From positions 2,232,001-2,296,000 of the forward strand of contig OZ251228.1 in the NCBI GenBank assembly GCA_965240325.2: 64,000 nt of DNA. The letters run 5' to 3'. This DNA comes from Rebecca billardiae RCC1528 (taxonomy: Eukaryota > Protista > Haptophyta). Positions 1 to 11,570 of the stretch are shown here, in pieces (the stretch's first letter is position 1; the number at the start of each line of letters is the position of its first letter). The notes beneath the pieces were generated by a model. That model worked only from the letters and a program-made list of their open reading frames with translations. It had not been told where the DNA came from and ran no database searches. A program made the translations under genes and the position numbers.

Positions 1-407
1 ATTCGTTCGATCGTGCGATGCCGAGCCCGAGCACGGTCCCAGCAGTGCGAGGAATGCTGATTTTTTCGACTGCAGGTCTTTGCTCGCGCCTGATACTTCC
101 TCACGACGCGCCGAGGGACGGCTGTATACCTAGCCGTACTGACTCGCAGTCTAGGCTGCCCGCAGCTCGCCGGGGGCCCGCCGCCGGGCGGCCGCAGGGC
201 CCGCGGGCGCGGGTCGCCCTCGGTCCGCAGCCTGTCGCGCCGTCGGGCTGTCGGCGGCGGCATCGTCGCGGGCCGCATTGTATGAATTCACCGTTCAGGC
301 GTCCAGCACGCCCTACGAGGCGTGTTCACTCATATGCACTGCAATTGCACCGTACTACGTCTACTGTCGTATTGCCTCTTAATGAGGCGCTAGCAGCAGT
401 TCAGCAC

Positions 408-2807
408 TCACTGCAGCGTCGCACGGTGATGAGGAGGAGCGCTGGCACCAGACGAAGCCTGGTCTGGCCGCTTGCGCATGCCGTTCGAGCCACTGGCGGG
501 AGCGGTGGTGGCCACTGCGCCGGTCTGGGTGGGCTGAGAGGCGGCAGCCGTGGCCCTGTCCTGCTCGACCATGGCAGCGAGGTATTGGCGGTCACGCATC
601 GAGAGCAGTGGCATGGTCTTGCCGTGCAGGTTGTACGCGGTCGACTTGGCGTGCACCAGGATGCGGTCGAGCGGCGGCACGACAAACGGCAGGAAGGGGA
701 GGGCGAGCATGCCGTACAACACGCGCGCCCAGTAGAGGAGCGAGCGCTGCCGCCAGCCGGAGGTCGTGACGAGCGCGTGCAGCGCCAAGATGCCCGCTAG
801 CATGAAGCACACCAAATCGTACGCCAGCATCGGCCGCAGCGCGCCGCCGCGCTGCAGCGTGTACGTGAGCCAGCCAAAGCACGTGTCCCGGTCGTGCGCG
901 ATCTCCTCGAGCAGCAGCCGCGTCTCGCCCCGCTGGTACCCGCCGCCCTTCCTGCCGTCAGCGGGCCTGTCCGCGCCGGCTCGTCTGTGCTGCGAGGACG
1001 CGTTCTGCTCCGGCTTGCCGCCCGCAACGGCGACGCTTCCCCGGCCCCCTGTCTCGGTCGATCTGCGGTGCTCGCTGCTGCCGCCTCCGCGCTCGAGGTC
1101 GGGGGCTGTGCCGGCGTGGTTGAGGCTCTTGCGCCCCCAGCGCCGCGGCTCTGGCTGCGGCGGCGCGGGCTCGGCGGCGCGGGCGGGGCTCTTGCGCCCC
1201 CAGCGCCGCGGCTCTGGCTGCGGCGGCGCGGGCTCGGCGGCGCGTGCGGGGCTCTTGCGCGCCCAGCGCCGCGGCTCCGGCTGCGCCTCCGCCCGCGCGG
1301 CGCTGCGCTCGCGCTGCTCCTCGATGGTCGCCGCCTTGACGAGCCGCTGCCGCTCCTCCTGCTCGAGCACCGCGCCGAGCGCGCCCTTCTGCCGCGAGAA
1401 GGGCAGCAGCAGGAACGCGCCCCACACGAGCAGCACGTTGAGCGTGAACGCCACGTTCTCCCACATGAACCCGTAGTACATGCCTGGCGCGCCGCGGCTG
1501 CTCATGTGCTCGCACGTGTCGTGCGCGGCGCAGTACTCGATGCGCACGCCGCCGATCAGCCCCGACATCGTGGCCGAGAGGAACTGGAACCCCTTGAACT
1601 CGAGGATGAACTGCGTGAGCTGGTACTCGTCGTGCTTGTCGCGGAAGAGGAAGAGCGCGAGGAAGGTCATCGGCTGCACGCCGTACACGGGGCAGAGGAA
1701 GCACGCCATCAGCGGCCAGTACAGCCAGAGCTTGATCTGCGCCCAGAAGGAGCGGTCGTACGGGTACAGCGTGTACAGCACCGCCGCGCGCACCTTGCGG
1801 TACGGGCTCGGCCACCACGGCAGCGGGCTCATCGCCTGCCGGATGCGCCGCAGCTCGGCGCGCCGCTTGAGCTGCGCGTAGTACGTGTTCTCGAGCAGGA
1901 TGCCCGCCAGCAGCTCGCGCTCCCACTCGTTCCACGCCCAGCGCGTGAGCCGGCCGATCCGCGCGCGCAGCAGCTCGGGCATGTCCGCGTCAGACGTCAT
2001 CAGCTCGATCAGCGAGCTGCCCGCCTGCTTGAGCCCGCGCATCGCAGAGATCTTGACAAAGTCGTCCGCCAGCCGCTCGGTCGCTGTCACCGTCGTGCGC
2101 TCCACCTTCGGCTTGGGCGGCGCCGAGCTGGCGGTGAGGCCGAGCGCGGCGAGCGCTGCGTTGAAGTAGCCGCCCTCGTCGCCGTCCGTGGGGCGGCGCG
2201 GCGAGAGCAGCTGCGCGGGCGCGACGTACACGAGCACGGGCCACACGCACCGGCCGAGGGCGCACACGAGCGTGAGCAGCAGCACGATCACGAGGATCAG
2301 CGTGAACACGTCGACCGGCGTGCCGAGCGGGGCGACGAACTCACCCAGCGCGCCCTCGACGCGCGAGGTCCAGCCCCAAGACTCGGGCCACTTGAACTGC
2401 AGCCGGTCCTCCACGAAGATCGCGGTGGCGATCTGGTTGGACTCCGCGGCGAACGCGAGCACGACGATGCCCGTGACCGCGCAGCACGTGACCAGCATGC
2501 AGAAGCTCAGCAGCAGCTGGCGTGGGAGCTCGCGCGTCCGCATGCGCTCGACCTCCAGGCCACGCAGGTGCTTGTGTCGCTGGAAATGCGCCTTCTGCTC
2601 CTCGTGGCGGTGCAGCGCTGCGGAGCGCGAATGGCGGCTGTCGGCAGGCACGGCCGACGAGGAGCTGCCGGAGCGCGGCCGCGTGGAGGGCACGGCCGAT
2701 GACGAGCTACCCGTGCGTGGCCGCGCGACCTTCATCCAGTCCAGCCCACCGCCGCCGCCCGCTGCTGGTGGCGCCGCCGGGGCGATTGCGTCGTTCGTCG
2801 GCGGCAT
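408..2807 (-). CDS. Hypothetical multi-pass membrane protein
   Basis: Part of the 849-aa ORF, with several hydrophobic segments (LLLSFCMLVTCCAVTGIVVLAFAA, VFTLILVIVLLLTLVCAL, LWLYWPLMACFLCPVYG, VAFTLNVLLVWGAFLLLPF) and strong GC3 bias. Start placed at ATG 2807 (MPPTND) because upstream sequence looks non-coding. Confidence 0.8.
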   Translation of the reverse strand: MPPTNDAIAPAAPPAAGGGGGLDWMKVARPRTGSSSSAVPSTRPRSGSSSSAVPADSRHSRSAALHRHEEQKAHFQRHKHLRGLEVERMRTRELPRQLLLSFCMLVTCCAVTGIVVLAFAAESNQIATAIFVEDRLQFKWPESWGWTSRVEGALGEFVAPLGTPVDVFTLILVIVLLLTLVCALGRCVWPVLVYVAPAQLLSPRRPTDGDEGGYFNAALAALGLTASSAPPKPKVERTTVTATERLADDFVKISAMRGLKQAGSSLIELMTSDADMPELLRARIGRLTRWAWNEWERELLAGILLENTYYAQLKRRAELRRIRQAMSPLPWWPSPYRKVRAAVLYTLYPYDRSFWAQIKLWLYWPLMACFLCPVYGVQPMTFLALFLFRDKHDEYQLTQFILEFKGFQFLSATMSGLIGGVRIEYCAAHDTCEHMSSRGAPGMYYGFMWENVAFTLNVLLVWGAFLLLPFSRQKGALGAVLEQEERQRLVKAATIEEQRERSAARAEAQPEPRRWARKSPARAAEPAPPQPEPRRWGRKSPARAAEPAPPQPEPRRWGRKSLNHAGTAPDLERGGGSSEHRRSTETGGRGSVAVAGGKPEQNASSQHRRAGADRPADGRKGGGYQRGETRLLLEEIAHDRDTCFGWLTYTLQRGGALRPMLAYDLVCFMLAGILALHALVTTSGWRQRSLLYWARVLYGMLALPFLPFVVPPLDRILVHAKSTAYNLHGKTMPLLSMRDRQYLAAMVEQDRATAAASQPTQTGAVATTAPASGSNGMRKRPDQASSGASAPPHHRATLQ
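1124..1285 (-). repeat. 63-bp coding tandem repeat (~2.6 units, PQPEPRRW(G/A)RKSPARAAEPAP)
   Basis: Repeat is directly visible in both the DNA and the translation. Confidence 0.9.
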
Positions 2808-3163
2808 TGAGGGCGCGCGTGAAAAGCGGATGCTAGGTCGCCCCGCTCCTGCAAACCGCGGCCACCAAGAAGCCGATGAGAACGACGATGATGAACGACG
2901 ACGAATGTTCCTACAGTAATCGGGTGCATGTCCGGGTAAGACACTAAGACTCATCAATTATAAGTTTTCCTAGAGGACTTGGTACGTAGGAGATATCCCT
3001 ATCAGATATCGATCTTTTCATTTCTTTTGAGGTCTTTCGGCCTCAGTTGGCGACGAGAACTCCTGGTCGTCAGGCTGCACCGGACACGCAAGGTCTCGGT
3101 CTTGAGCCGCTGGCTGCCCGCTGCCGCCCGGGCTGCTCGTGGGCTGCAGCCCCAGCCCGATCG

Positions 3164-4605
3164 ATGCTCGCCCGGCTGGGCAAGCGCCATGAGGCGGCAT
3201 GGGGCCTGCTCGCCGTCTCGGACGGCCGTTCGACGACTTCGCACCAGCTCAAGGGGCGCGTCTTCACCATCGGCCGCAGCTCGACCTGCTCGCTGCCGCT
3301 GCGCAACAAGGTGACCATCTCGGGCGTGCACTGCAAGCTCACGCTGGAGCCGCCCGAGCCGGACTCGGAGAGCGGCGAGCTCTTCGAGAACGGCGCGGAG
3401 CCTCGCGTGCTGCTCGAGGACTGCTCGAACAACGGCACGTGGCTCAACGGCCGCCGCCTCTCGCGCGGGCTGCCCGTCGAGATCCAGCAGGGCGACATGT
3501 TTGCCGTGCCCACCGGGCAGAACGCGCGCGACGGCGCGGGCGAGATGCTCAACTTTGTGTTCACGGACACGCGCTCGAATCTGCGGCCGCAGAGCGGCGG
3601 GCAGCCGGCGGTCGCCGCCGACTTCGCCATCAGCGTCGAGCTGGACGCCTCGGACGACGGCGTGTCCACGCCGCGCACGGGCTCGACCGGCCGGCGCACG
3701 CAGCCGATCGAGGAGGACGCGGTCGGCGCGTCGCTCAACATGCTGATGGTCGCGCCGACGCCGGCGGGGCTGAAGACGCTGACGAGCACGCTGCAGCGCG
3801 GGCAGCTCGACCTCGCCCTCTTCGTCGAGTCCGACGGCGCGGGCGCGCTGCTCGACGTGATCGCTGAGGCGGGCGCCTCCTCCAAGAAGTCCGCCTTCCA
3901 GTGGGACCTGCTCTCGTCGTCGCTCACCGCGCTGAAGGAGCTGCTCGACACGCCGGCGGGCGCGTCGAGCGTGCTCGGCACGCCGCGGGTCGCCGCGACC
4001 ATCGCCTCGCTGCTCGACGAGCGCGACGCGCGCGTGCGGCTGAAGGCGCTCGAGATCTTGTGCGTGCTGGTCGTACTCCGCGAGGACGGGGGCGGCGGCG
4101 GCGGCGGGGGCGGCGCGCGGAGCGGGCACGCGATCGTGGACGCGGCGCTCCGGCGCCGAGGCCGGCTGTCCCTCTCCGCCTTCCTCGCCGTCGAGGACGA
4201 CTCCTCCTGCCTGCTCAAGGCGCTGTGGCTGGCGAACAGCCTGGTGGCGCTCGCGCCGTCCAACGCCGCCGCGCGCGCCCTGCGCAGGGAGGTGGCGGTG
4301 GGCGGCTGGTGGTCGCGCGTGAGCGAGCGGCTCGACGGCGTGGACGGCGGCACTGAGCAGCTGCGCGCGTGGGAGCAGTCCGCGCTCGCCTTCGTCGAGG
4401 AGGAGGACGCGGAGGAGGCTGCTGGCGGCTCGGCCCGCCGCCCGCCGGCCGTCTCGACGTCGCCGCAGCAGACGCTTGGCGGCAGCCTCAAGAGGGCGGC
4501 AGAGTCAGTGGCGGCGGCCGTGGCGAGCTACGCGCCAGCCTCGCCGCGCTCGAGCAAGACGCCGTCGCCCGCGCAGGCTGCGCCGCCGAAGCAGCAGCAG
4601 CAGCC

Positions 4606-4643
<38 letters not shown>

Positions 4644-4711
4644 TGCCGGCCGCTGCCGCGGCGGCAAAGGCCAAGGCGGCGGCGAGCAAAGGTGCGGCAG
4701 CCGCTCCGCCG

Positions 4712-4742
<31 letters not shown>

Positions 4743-4837
4743 TGCCCGGCAAGGCGGCTAAGGGCGGAGCGGCGCCTCCGCCGCCACCGCCGCCGCCACC
4801 GCCGCCGCCACCGCCGGGCGGCGCGAAGGGTGGCGGC

Positions 4838-4871
<34 letters not shown>

Positions 4872-6331
4872 GCGGCGCAAAGGGTGGCGGCCCGCCGCCG
4901 CCCCCACCTCCGCCCGGGGGCAAGGGCCCGGCGGCGCCGCCGCCGCCGTCCGGCCCGCCCGCGCTCAAGCCGCTGCACTGGTCGAAGCTGCCGCCGGCGA
5001 AGGTGCGCGGCACGGTGTGGGACAAGCTGCCCGACCGGCTCCCCGCGAGCACGGCCCTCTTCGACGAGGCGGAGCTCAAGCGCCAGTTCGCTCCGACCAA
5101 GACGGTGGCGCGCGCGCCCAGCGGCGCGATCGCCGCGGGCGGCGCCGGCGCGGGCGGCGCGGGCAGCGGCGCCGTGCTCGACCTGAAGAGGCTGAACCAG
5201 ATCAACATCACGCTCAAGAAGTTCCGCCGGCCGTTCGACGAGGTCCTCGACGCCGCGCTCGGCTGCGACGAGGCCGTGTTCGGCGCGGCCGAGGACGTGC
5301 TGCGGCTGCGGGACTGCTTGCCCACCGACGACGAGCGCTCGCGCCTCGAGGCGCGCCCCGCCGAGACGCTCTCGGAGGCGGAGCGGGTGGCGGTGCGGAT
5401 GGCGCAGGTGCCCAGGATGAGCGAGCGCCTCGAGTGCTTCGCCTCGAAGCTCAACTTCGAGACGCGCGCGGAGGAGGCGCGCGCGCAGGTGCGCGCGCTC
5501 TCGGACGCGGCCGAGGCGGTGGTCGCAGACCCGGTGGTGCCGCTGCAGCTGGCGACCGTGCTCGCGGTCGGCAACGCGATGAACGCGGGCTCGTTCCGCG
5601 CGGGCGCGGCGGGGTTCCGGCTGGACGTGCTGGCGAAGCTCTCCGCCGTCAAGGCGACGGCGGACGGCGAGGCGCTCACGCTGCTGCACTTCGTCGCCGA
5701 GGCGGTGCGCGCGCACCTCGCCGCCACGCCCGACGGCGCGCGCGACGCGCGGCACGAGAAGACGCTCGACGTGCTCGAGCGGGTGCGCAGCACGAGCGTG
5801 GCGGACGTGCAGTCGGAGGCGGAGGCGCTGCGCCGCTCGCTCGAGGCGATCGAGGACGAGTACCCGCGCCACCGCAAGCCGTACTCCAAGGCCGACCTCT
5901 TCAGCGCCAAGATGAAGGCCTTCCACGAGCTCGCGCGCAGGCAGATGAGCGAGATCTCGTCGCAGGTGGACGGCATGGCCAAGGCGCTGCGCAAGGCGGG
6001 CTCGTACCTCGCCGGCGAGGAGGCGTCGTCCGAGGCCGAGGCGGCGGAGGCGCTGCAGCAGCTCCACGCGTTCTGCGTCAGCCTGCGCAAGGCGACCAAC
6101 GACAACGAGCGTAGGCGCAAGATGCGCGAGCGGCAGGCGGCGGCCAAGGCGGCGCCCAAGCCGGGCGCGCGCGGCGGCGGGCGCGGCCAGGCGGCGGACG
6201 CCGCGGCCGCGCTGCCGGGCGCGCACGGGCCCGGCGTGGCCAGGCAGATCTGGAGCACGATGCAGCGCGGCGACTTCGAGCAGCTCAAGCGCACGGAGCA
6301 GGCGAGCCAGCCCACGACGGTGCGGGGCTGA
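3164..6331 (+). CDS. Formin with N-terminal FHA domain, armadillo/FH3-like region, poly-Pro FH1 and FH2
   Basis: FHA motifs (FTIGRSS, ISGVHC, LEDCSNNGTWLNG), poly-Pro tracts, and FH2 motifs (LKPLHWSKL..GTVW, LDLKRLNQINITL, LAVGNAMNAG..AAGFRLDVLAKL, TLLHFV). First ATG is at 3164. Confidence 0.92.
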
Positions 6332-6976
6332 TGCGGGTCGCGCCCCGACCGGAGCAGGCATCACCGTCCGTCCGTCGTCTGCGCCAGACTCTGGGCCATC
6401 ACTGATGGTATACAGTGCCATGGTGGCTGCGATCGCAGCGGCTCGGCGATCAGCGCATGCAGCAGCGAACAGATGTTTTCAAACGCATGCAATTAAGACT
6501 ATAAGTCAGAATCAGTGGTTGTCAGCAATAATAATCAATATATATATATATATGTTATAAATCATTTATTTATTCAGCTGAATTTTGTCGGATGACGCGC
6601 CGATGATGACTGAACAGTGAACTACGCCTACGCCTACGGCTACCCTGGTGAGTGAGCCTGGAGGCGGCGCGGCTTCATTGAGACATCGAGTCACGCAGCG
6701 GACGACGTCAGACAGATAGTGCCAGTTAAGTGGGCCAGTACCGTCAGTTGTCACAGCGGTCCGCGGTGTCACGGTCAATTCGCTCGGTCAATGCGACAAC
6801 GACGACGACGAGTAAGTCTGATGATCGCCAGATTCGACTATGTTTTCGCCATGGGCCACGAGCGGGCGGGCGGGTAGGTGGGCGGGCCCATGGCAAATGC
6901 GGCATGGGCGGGCCATGGGCGCACCATCACTGGAACACATGGTCATGGAGCTGGCAGCACCCGCGTGGTGCGGCGC

Positions 6977-8242
6977 TCAGAGACCCATGCGGACGGCGGC
7001 CGCCTGCTTGCCGATCGGCTTGCGGATCCACCGGAGGAAGTCGGGCGTGGTGGCCTCCATGTTAAAGTTGAGCTCCGCCTTGCGCAGCTTGCCGCTTGCA
7101 AACGCGCGGTACCAGTCCTGGATCGAGCCGCCGAGGATCTTGGCGCGGTGGCGCGTGTTGCGCCGCAAGGCGTTGAGGCTGTCGTCGCTGGAGGGCTCCT
7201 CGCTGGACGAGTCCTCGCTGCAGGCCTCGCCCCACGCGTCGTCGTCGTCATCGGGCAGCGTCAGCCCAAAGTCCTGGTACATGTCGAACGGGCGCAGGCA
7301 CGACACGTGCGTCTCCTGCCACGTCGAGCCGCCCTCGCTCGTCGGCGCGCGCGCGTGCACGCCGTCGTGCGTCGCCACCTGCGTGTGGTGCACGCAGTAG
7401 AGCTCGACGAGCTGCTGCGTGCGCGGGTAGAAGGTGTGGATGCAGATGCCCGGGTTGGTCCACGCCGCGAGGTCCTGGCCGCGCGGGTCGTCGTACAGCA
7501 GCGCGCCCGCCCGGCGGTGCTCGACCGCCTCTGCCCAGTCGAGGTACAGCTCCATGCGGCTGGCCGGCATGGGGTCGTCGACCGGGATGACGACGAGGGG
7601 AAAGCCGCTCACCTCGCAGAGCAGGTAGAGCGGCTCGGTGTCGCTGCTGCGCGCCACGCGCATGTTCGGGCCCTTTCGCCACGCCGTCTCCACCGTGTGC
7701 GCAAAGCCCGCGTCCCGGTGGGCGAGGGCGCACAGCCTGGACACCGCGCTCGGGCTCGTGTGGCACACGAGGTCCAGGGCGAATGCACGGTGGTCCAAGA
7801 TCTGGCCGATCACCCCTTCGCGGCCCAGGCTGGGCCATGCCGCGAGGCACGCCGCGCGCCACGCGTCGCGCTTGGCGTTCACAAGCGACCGCCACACGCC
7901 GCACACCCCGCCGAGGCGGCACAGGTCCACCAAGTTGGCGCCCCGGACGAGGTAGCTGATGACCGTAGATACGCAGCGGGACGGGGTGCTGAGGGCGGCA
8001 CACGCGGCGCGCTGGGCCCGCTGCTTGCCGCGCGCGCCGGCCGTGGCCGGGCGTGCGGCACGCTTGCGCTCGGCGCACGCCCTCTTGCGTGCGCACGCCG
8101 CGCGCATCGCACTCGACGAGGCGTGGCGCGCGGCGGTGCGCGCGATCCGGGCGTGCCGTGCGGCGGCGGCGTATATGTCGACCACGGGGTCTTCGTTGTC
8201 ACTGGCGCTCTCGTCGTAGTCACCATCGTTGACCAACGTCAT
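6977..8242 (-). CDS. Hypothetical protein with possible F-box-like motif
   Basis: Long ORF with coding-like codon use. VISYLVRGANLVDLCRLGGVCGVWRSLV resembles the C-terminal half of an F-box. Start is uncertain. Confidence 0.6.
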   Translation of the reverse strand: MTLVNDGDYDESASDNEDPVVDIYAAAARHARIARTAARHASSSAMRAACARKRACAERKRAARPATAGARGKQRAQRAACAALSTPSRCVSTVISYLVRGANLVDLCRLGGVCGVWRSLVNAKRDAWRAACLAAWPSLGREGVIGQILDHRAFALDLVCHTSPSAVSRLCALAHRDAGFAHTVETAWRKGPNMRVARSSDTEPLYLLCEVSGFPLVVIPVDDPMPASRMELYLDWAEAVEHRRAGALLYDDPRGQDLAAWTNPGICIHTFYPRTQQLVELYCVHHTQVATHDGVHARAPTSEGGSTWQETHVSCLRPFDMYQDFGLTLPDDDDDAWGEACSEDSSSEEPSSDDSLNALRRNTRHRAKILGGSIQDWYRAFASGKLRKAELNFNMEATTPDFLRWIRKPIGKQAAAVRMGL

Positions 8243-8340
8243 CGGGCACCGCAGCGACGACGACGACGACAACAACGTGCCGGTTCTTATTTTCAGATCT
8301 CGCTTTCAAAAAGAAATGTTCCGCGCTACGTCTCCAGCAG

Positions 8341-8507
8341 GATCGCGCTTCAGCAGCTCAAGGCCGCGCTCAAGCTTTACGATCGCGGCGCAGGCTATGA
8401 CAGTATGCTCTGCCACCACCAACGCCGACTTCGTGTCGACGATCGGGCACCTCCGCCGACGAATCAGGAGACCCGCGTCGTCCTACCTGTGTCGTTAAAT
8501 CATAGAA
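8341..8507 (+). repeat. Dispersed repeat, copy 1 (related to 36091-36275 and 52033-52110, both inverted)
   Basis: Shared blocks: CAGCAGCTCAAGGCCG, CGACTTCGTGTC, GACGATCGGGCAC, GACGAATCAGGAGAC, TAAATCATAG. Confidence 0.8.
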
Positions 8508-8602
8508 TCAGAATGGGTATCCCGGCCCATCATTCATCAACGGCCCCGCAACGGGCCAACCGCCGGGAGTAGTGAGTATAAACTGCGCGCTGCTGACCAG
8601 CC

Positions 8603-9475
8603 TCAGCTCGAGTCGCCCCGCTTCTCGGGCGAGGCGGCCTCGCCCCGCCATCTGCTCGCGCGGGCAATCTCCGCCAGCTCGCGCACGAGCGGCTCGAGCG
8701 CGTCGAGGGGCCACTGCACGGCCGCGTCGCTCAGCGCCTCGGCCGGCCGGTCGTGCGTCTCGATGAAGAAGCCGTCGACGCCGACGGCGGCGGCCATCCT
8801 CGCGACGGTGGGCACATGCTCGCGCGAGCCGCCGGAGACGCTCGAGTCCGACGAGGGCGGGCGCTGCACCGCGTGCGTCGCGTCCATCACCACGAGAGCG
8901 CCCGGGGCAGCGGTGCGCATGCGCGGCAGGTTGCGGCAGTCCACGACGAGGTCGTCGTAGCCGAAGAAGGTGCCGCGCTCCGTGAGGAGTACCGTGTCAT
9001 TCCCTGCGTCGCGCAGCTTGCGCGCCGCGTGCCCCATCACCGCCGCCGAGGCGAACTGGCCCTTCTTCACGTTGACGGGCAGCCCGGAGCGCGCGGCCGA
9101 GACGAGCAGGTCTGTCTGCCGGCAGAGGAAGGCGGGGATCTGCAGCACGTCGACAGCCTCGGCGACCATGGAGACGTGGCCAGGCTCGTGGACATCCGTG
9201 AGCACGGGCAGGCCACTCGCGCGGCGCACGTCCTCGAAGACGCGCAGTGAGGCGTCGAGGCCGAGCCCACGCCGGCTTTGGACCGACGTGCGGTTGGCCT
9301 TGTCGTACGAGGACTTGTACACGACGGGTACGCCTACGCGCGCCGCGAGACTGGCCAGCCGCTCGGACATGCGCAGGGCGTGGTCGCGCGACTCGAGCGC
9401 GCACGGCCCGGCGATGAGGAAGAAGGGTGCTGCATCACGCAGACGAGCGAAGAGCGCGCCCGGCGGCGCCGCCAT
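8603..9475 (-). CDS. kdsA: 3-deoxy-D-manno-octulosonate-8-phosphate (Kdo-8-P) synthase
   Basis: Motifs FFLIAGPC, YKSSYDKANRTS, LTDVHE, QIPAFLCRQTDL, VNVKKGQF, ERGTFFGY, DATHAVQ, FIETH and SDAA. Confidence 0.97.
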   Translation of the reverse strand: MAAPPGALFARLRDAAPFFLIAGPCALESRDHALRMSERLASLAARVGVPVVYKSSYDKANRTSVQSRRGLGLDASLRVFEDVRRASGLPVLTDVHEPGHVSMVAEAVDVLQIPAFLCRQTDLLVSAARSGLPVNVKKGQFASAAVMGHAARKLRDAGNDTVLLTERGTFFGYDDLVVDCRNLPRMRTAAPGALVVMDATHAVQRPPSSDSSVSGGSREHVPTVARMAAAVGVDGFFIETHDRPAEALSDAAVQWPLDALEPLVRELAEIARASRWRGEAASPEKRGDSS

Positions 9476-9637
9476 GCTGCTGAGTTAACTTAGCCCGTGA
9501 CCCCGTGAGCGTCGTCGTCTGAGCGAGCGTTTCATGGCGCGCTTTTCTTGGCTCATGCCTCCATCCTGCGCGTCCAGCGTGCGCACCACCTGCTGATTCC
9601 GCGCGGGGGCGTTAGGTCGCTCACGCCCGCTGGGCTG

Positions 9638-11570
9638 ATGGGCGGCCCCCATTCGAAGCTCTCGCTGTCGTGGCGGCTGGCAGGGGCGGTGAACCTGCTC
9701 GTTTGCATCGTGCTCGTGGCCAAGCTCTGCGTGGCCAACCTCGACTACCCGCTCACGGCCGCGCAGGCGTCGGTGGCGATCGCATACTTCTTTGCGCTGC
9801 TCACCTGGGCAGAGGCGGAGCTGGTGTCCTGGGTGCACCGGCGCTTAGGGTACGCGATCGACTGCGACGGGTTTGCGCCGGGGGGCGAGGACGGCCACGA
9901 CGAGGAGAAGCTCGCCGTGCTGAGGCACGAGGAGAAGAGCGGCGCGCACGACTCGGACAGCGACGACGCGTGCAGCCGCGAGCAGCTGCCCGTTCCGCCG
10001 CTCTCGGCGGCGACGATGACGACGCTGCGCGCGTGCGCCGAGCTGGCGGGGATCATGGTGCTCATGTACGTGTGCGACCGCACCTCCCTCGTGGGGAAGG
10101 GCCCGAAGCACCAGAGCAAGCCCGAGTTCTGGGGCGTGATGCTCTGCCTGCTGCTCGGCAGCCTGCTCGGCCTGCGCCGCACCAAGGAGGCCAAGGAGGC
10201 GGACGGCGCGGCGGTTAAGCCGCTGCAGCGCGAGCAGACGGAGGAGTGGAAGGGGTGGATGCAGGTGATGTTCCTGCTCTACCACTACTGGGTCGCCACC
10301 GAGATGTACAACGCCATCCGCATCTACATCGCCGCGTACATCTGGATGACCGGCTTTGGCAACTTCTCGTACTACTACATCAAGCGCGACTTCGGGCTGC
10401 CGCGCTTCGTGCAGATGATGTGGCGGCTCAACTTCCTGGTGATCTTCGTGTGCCTCACGCTGAACAACGAGTACATGCTCTACTACATCTGCCCGCTGCA
10501 CACGCTCTTCACCATCATGGTGTACGGCACGCTGTACATTGGGTCGGAGCACAACCAGTCGAGGCCGCTCTTCCTGTGCGCCAAGATTGGGCTGGTGCTG
10601 CTGCTGTCGCTGGCGATCTGGGACAGCCCGAAGGTGGTGTTCGAGACGCTGACCGAGCCGCTCACGCCGCTGCTCCGCTACTCGGGCGACCAGTACAAGG
10701 CCGTGCTGCGCAGCGGCGACCCGTTGCCGCCGCTGCACGAGTGGCACTTCCGCTCCTCCCTCGACCACCTGGTGTGGATCTTCGGCATGGTGGTCGCCTA
10801 CTCCTTCCCCAAGTTCGACGCGTGGGTGAACGCGCTCGACGGGAGCACGGCCGACGGGAAGAGCCCGCAGCCGCTCATGCGGTGCGCGCGGCCGCCCTGC
10901 GCGCGAGGCCGCGAGCCGTGCCGCACCCGCCGCACGCGCGCGCGCGCGCCGCGGCCGAGCGCGCCCGCGCCGCGCGCGCGCGCCCGGCCCGCCCGCGCCG
11001 CGCGCGCACAGCTGGTCGGTGGTCGGCCTCGCGCTGGCCATCTTCGCCGCGTGGGTCAAGTTCGTCTTCCTGCTGCCCAAGTTCGACTACAACGCGCTGC
11101 ACCCGTACACCTCGTTCATCCCGATCGGCTGCTACATCCTGCTGCGCAACTCGACGCGCTGGCTGCGCGAGCGCGTGCTGCCCGCGTGGGGCGAGATTGG
11201 AAAGTACACGCTCGAGACGTACATCTGCCAGTTCCACATCTGGATGCGCACGACGGGCGAGAACGGCAACCCGAAGCACCTGCTCGTGCTCACGCCGAGC
11301 ATCGACACGCCGGCGTGGTTCTGGCTCAACTTCCTCCTCGTGAGCGCGATGTACCTGTACCTGTCCGTGCGGCTGTTCAAGATCACGGTCGCGCTCAAGG
11401 AGGTGGTGCTGCCCAACGACGTGCCCAAGATCAAGGCCAACCTCGCGCGGCTCGCGCTGGGCGCGGCGCTCACGTTCGCGCTCGGGTACGCGACGCGGAG
11501 CACGTTCCAGCCGGCCGTGGGGCCGCCGGGCTCGCAGAGCCACCACCTCGCGGTGATGGCGTCCGGCTGA
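9638..11570 (+). CDS. CAS1/RWA-family (Cas1_AcylT) O-acetyltransferase; intron 10882-11011
   Basis: Motifs REQTEEWKGWMQVMFLLYHY, YNAIRIYIAAYIWMTGFGNFSY, MLYYICPLHT, EWHFRSSLD, YNALHPYTSFIP and GKYTLETYICQFHIW. The GTGCGC..CAG intron joins two ORFs in frame (..PLMR/WSVVG..). Confidence 0.93.
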
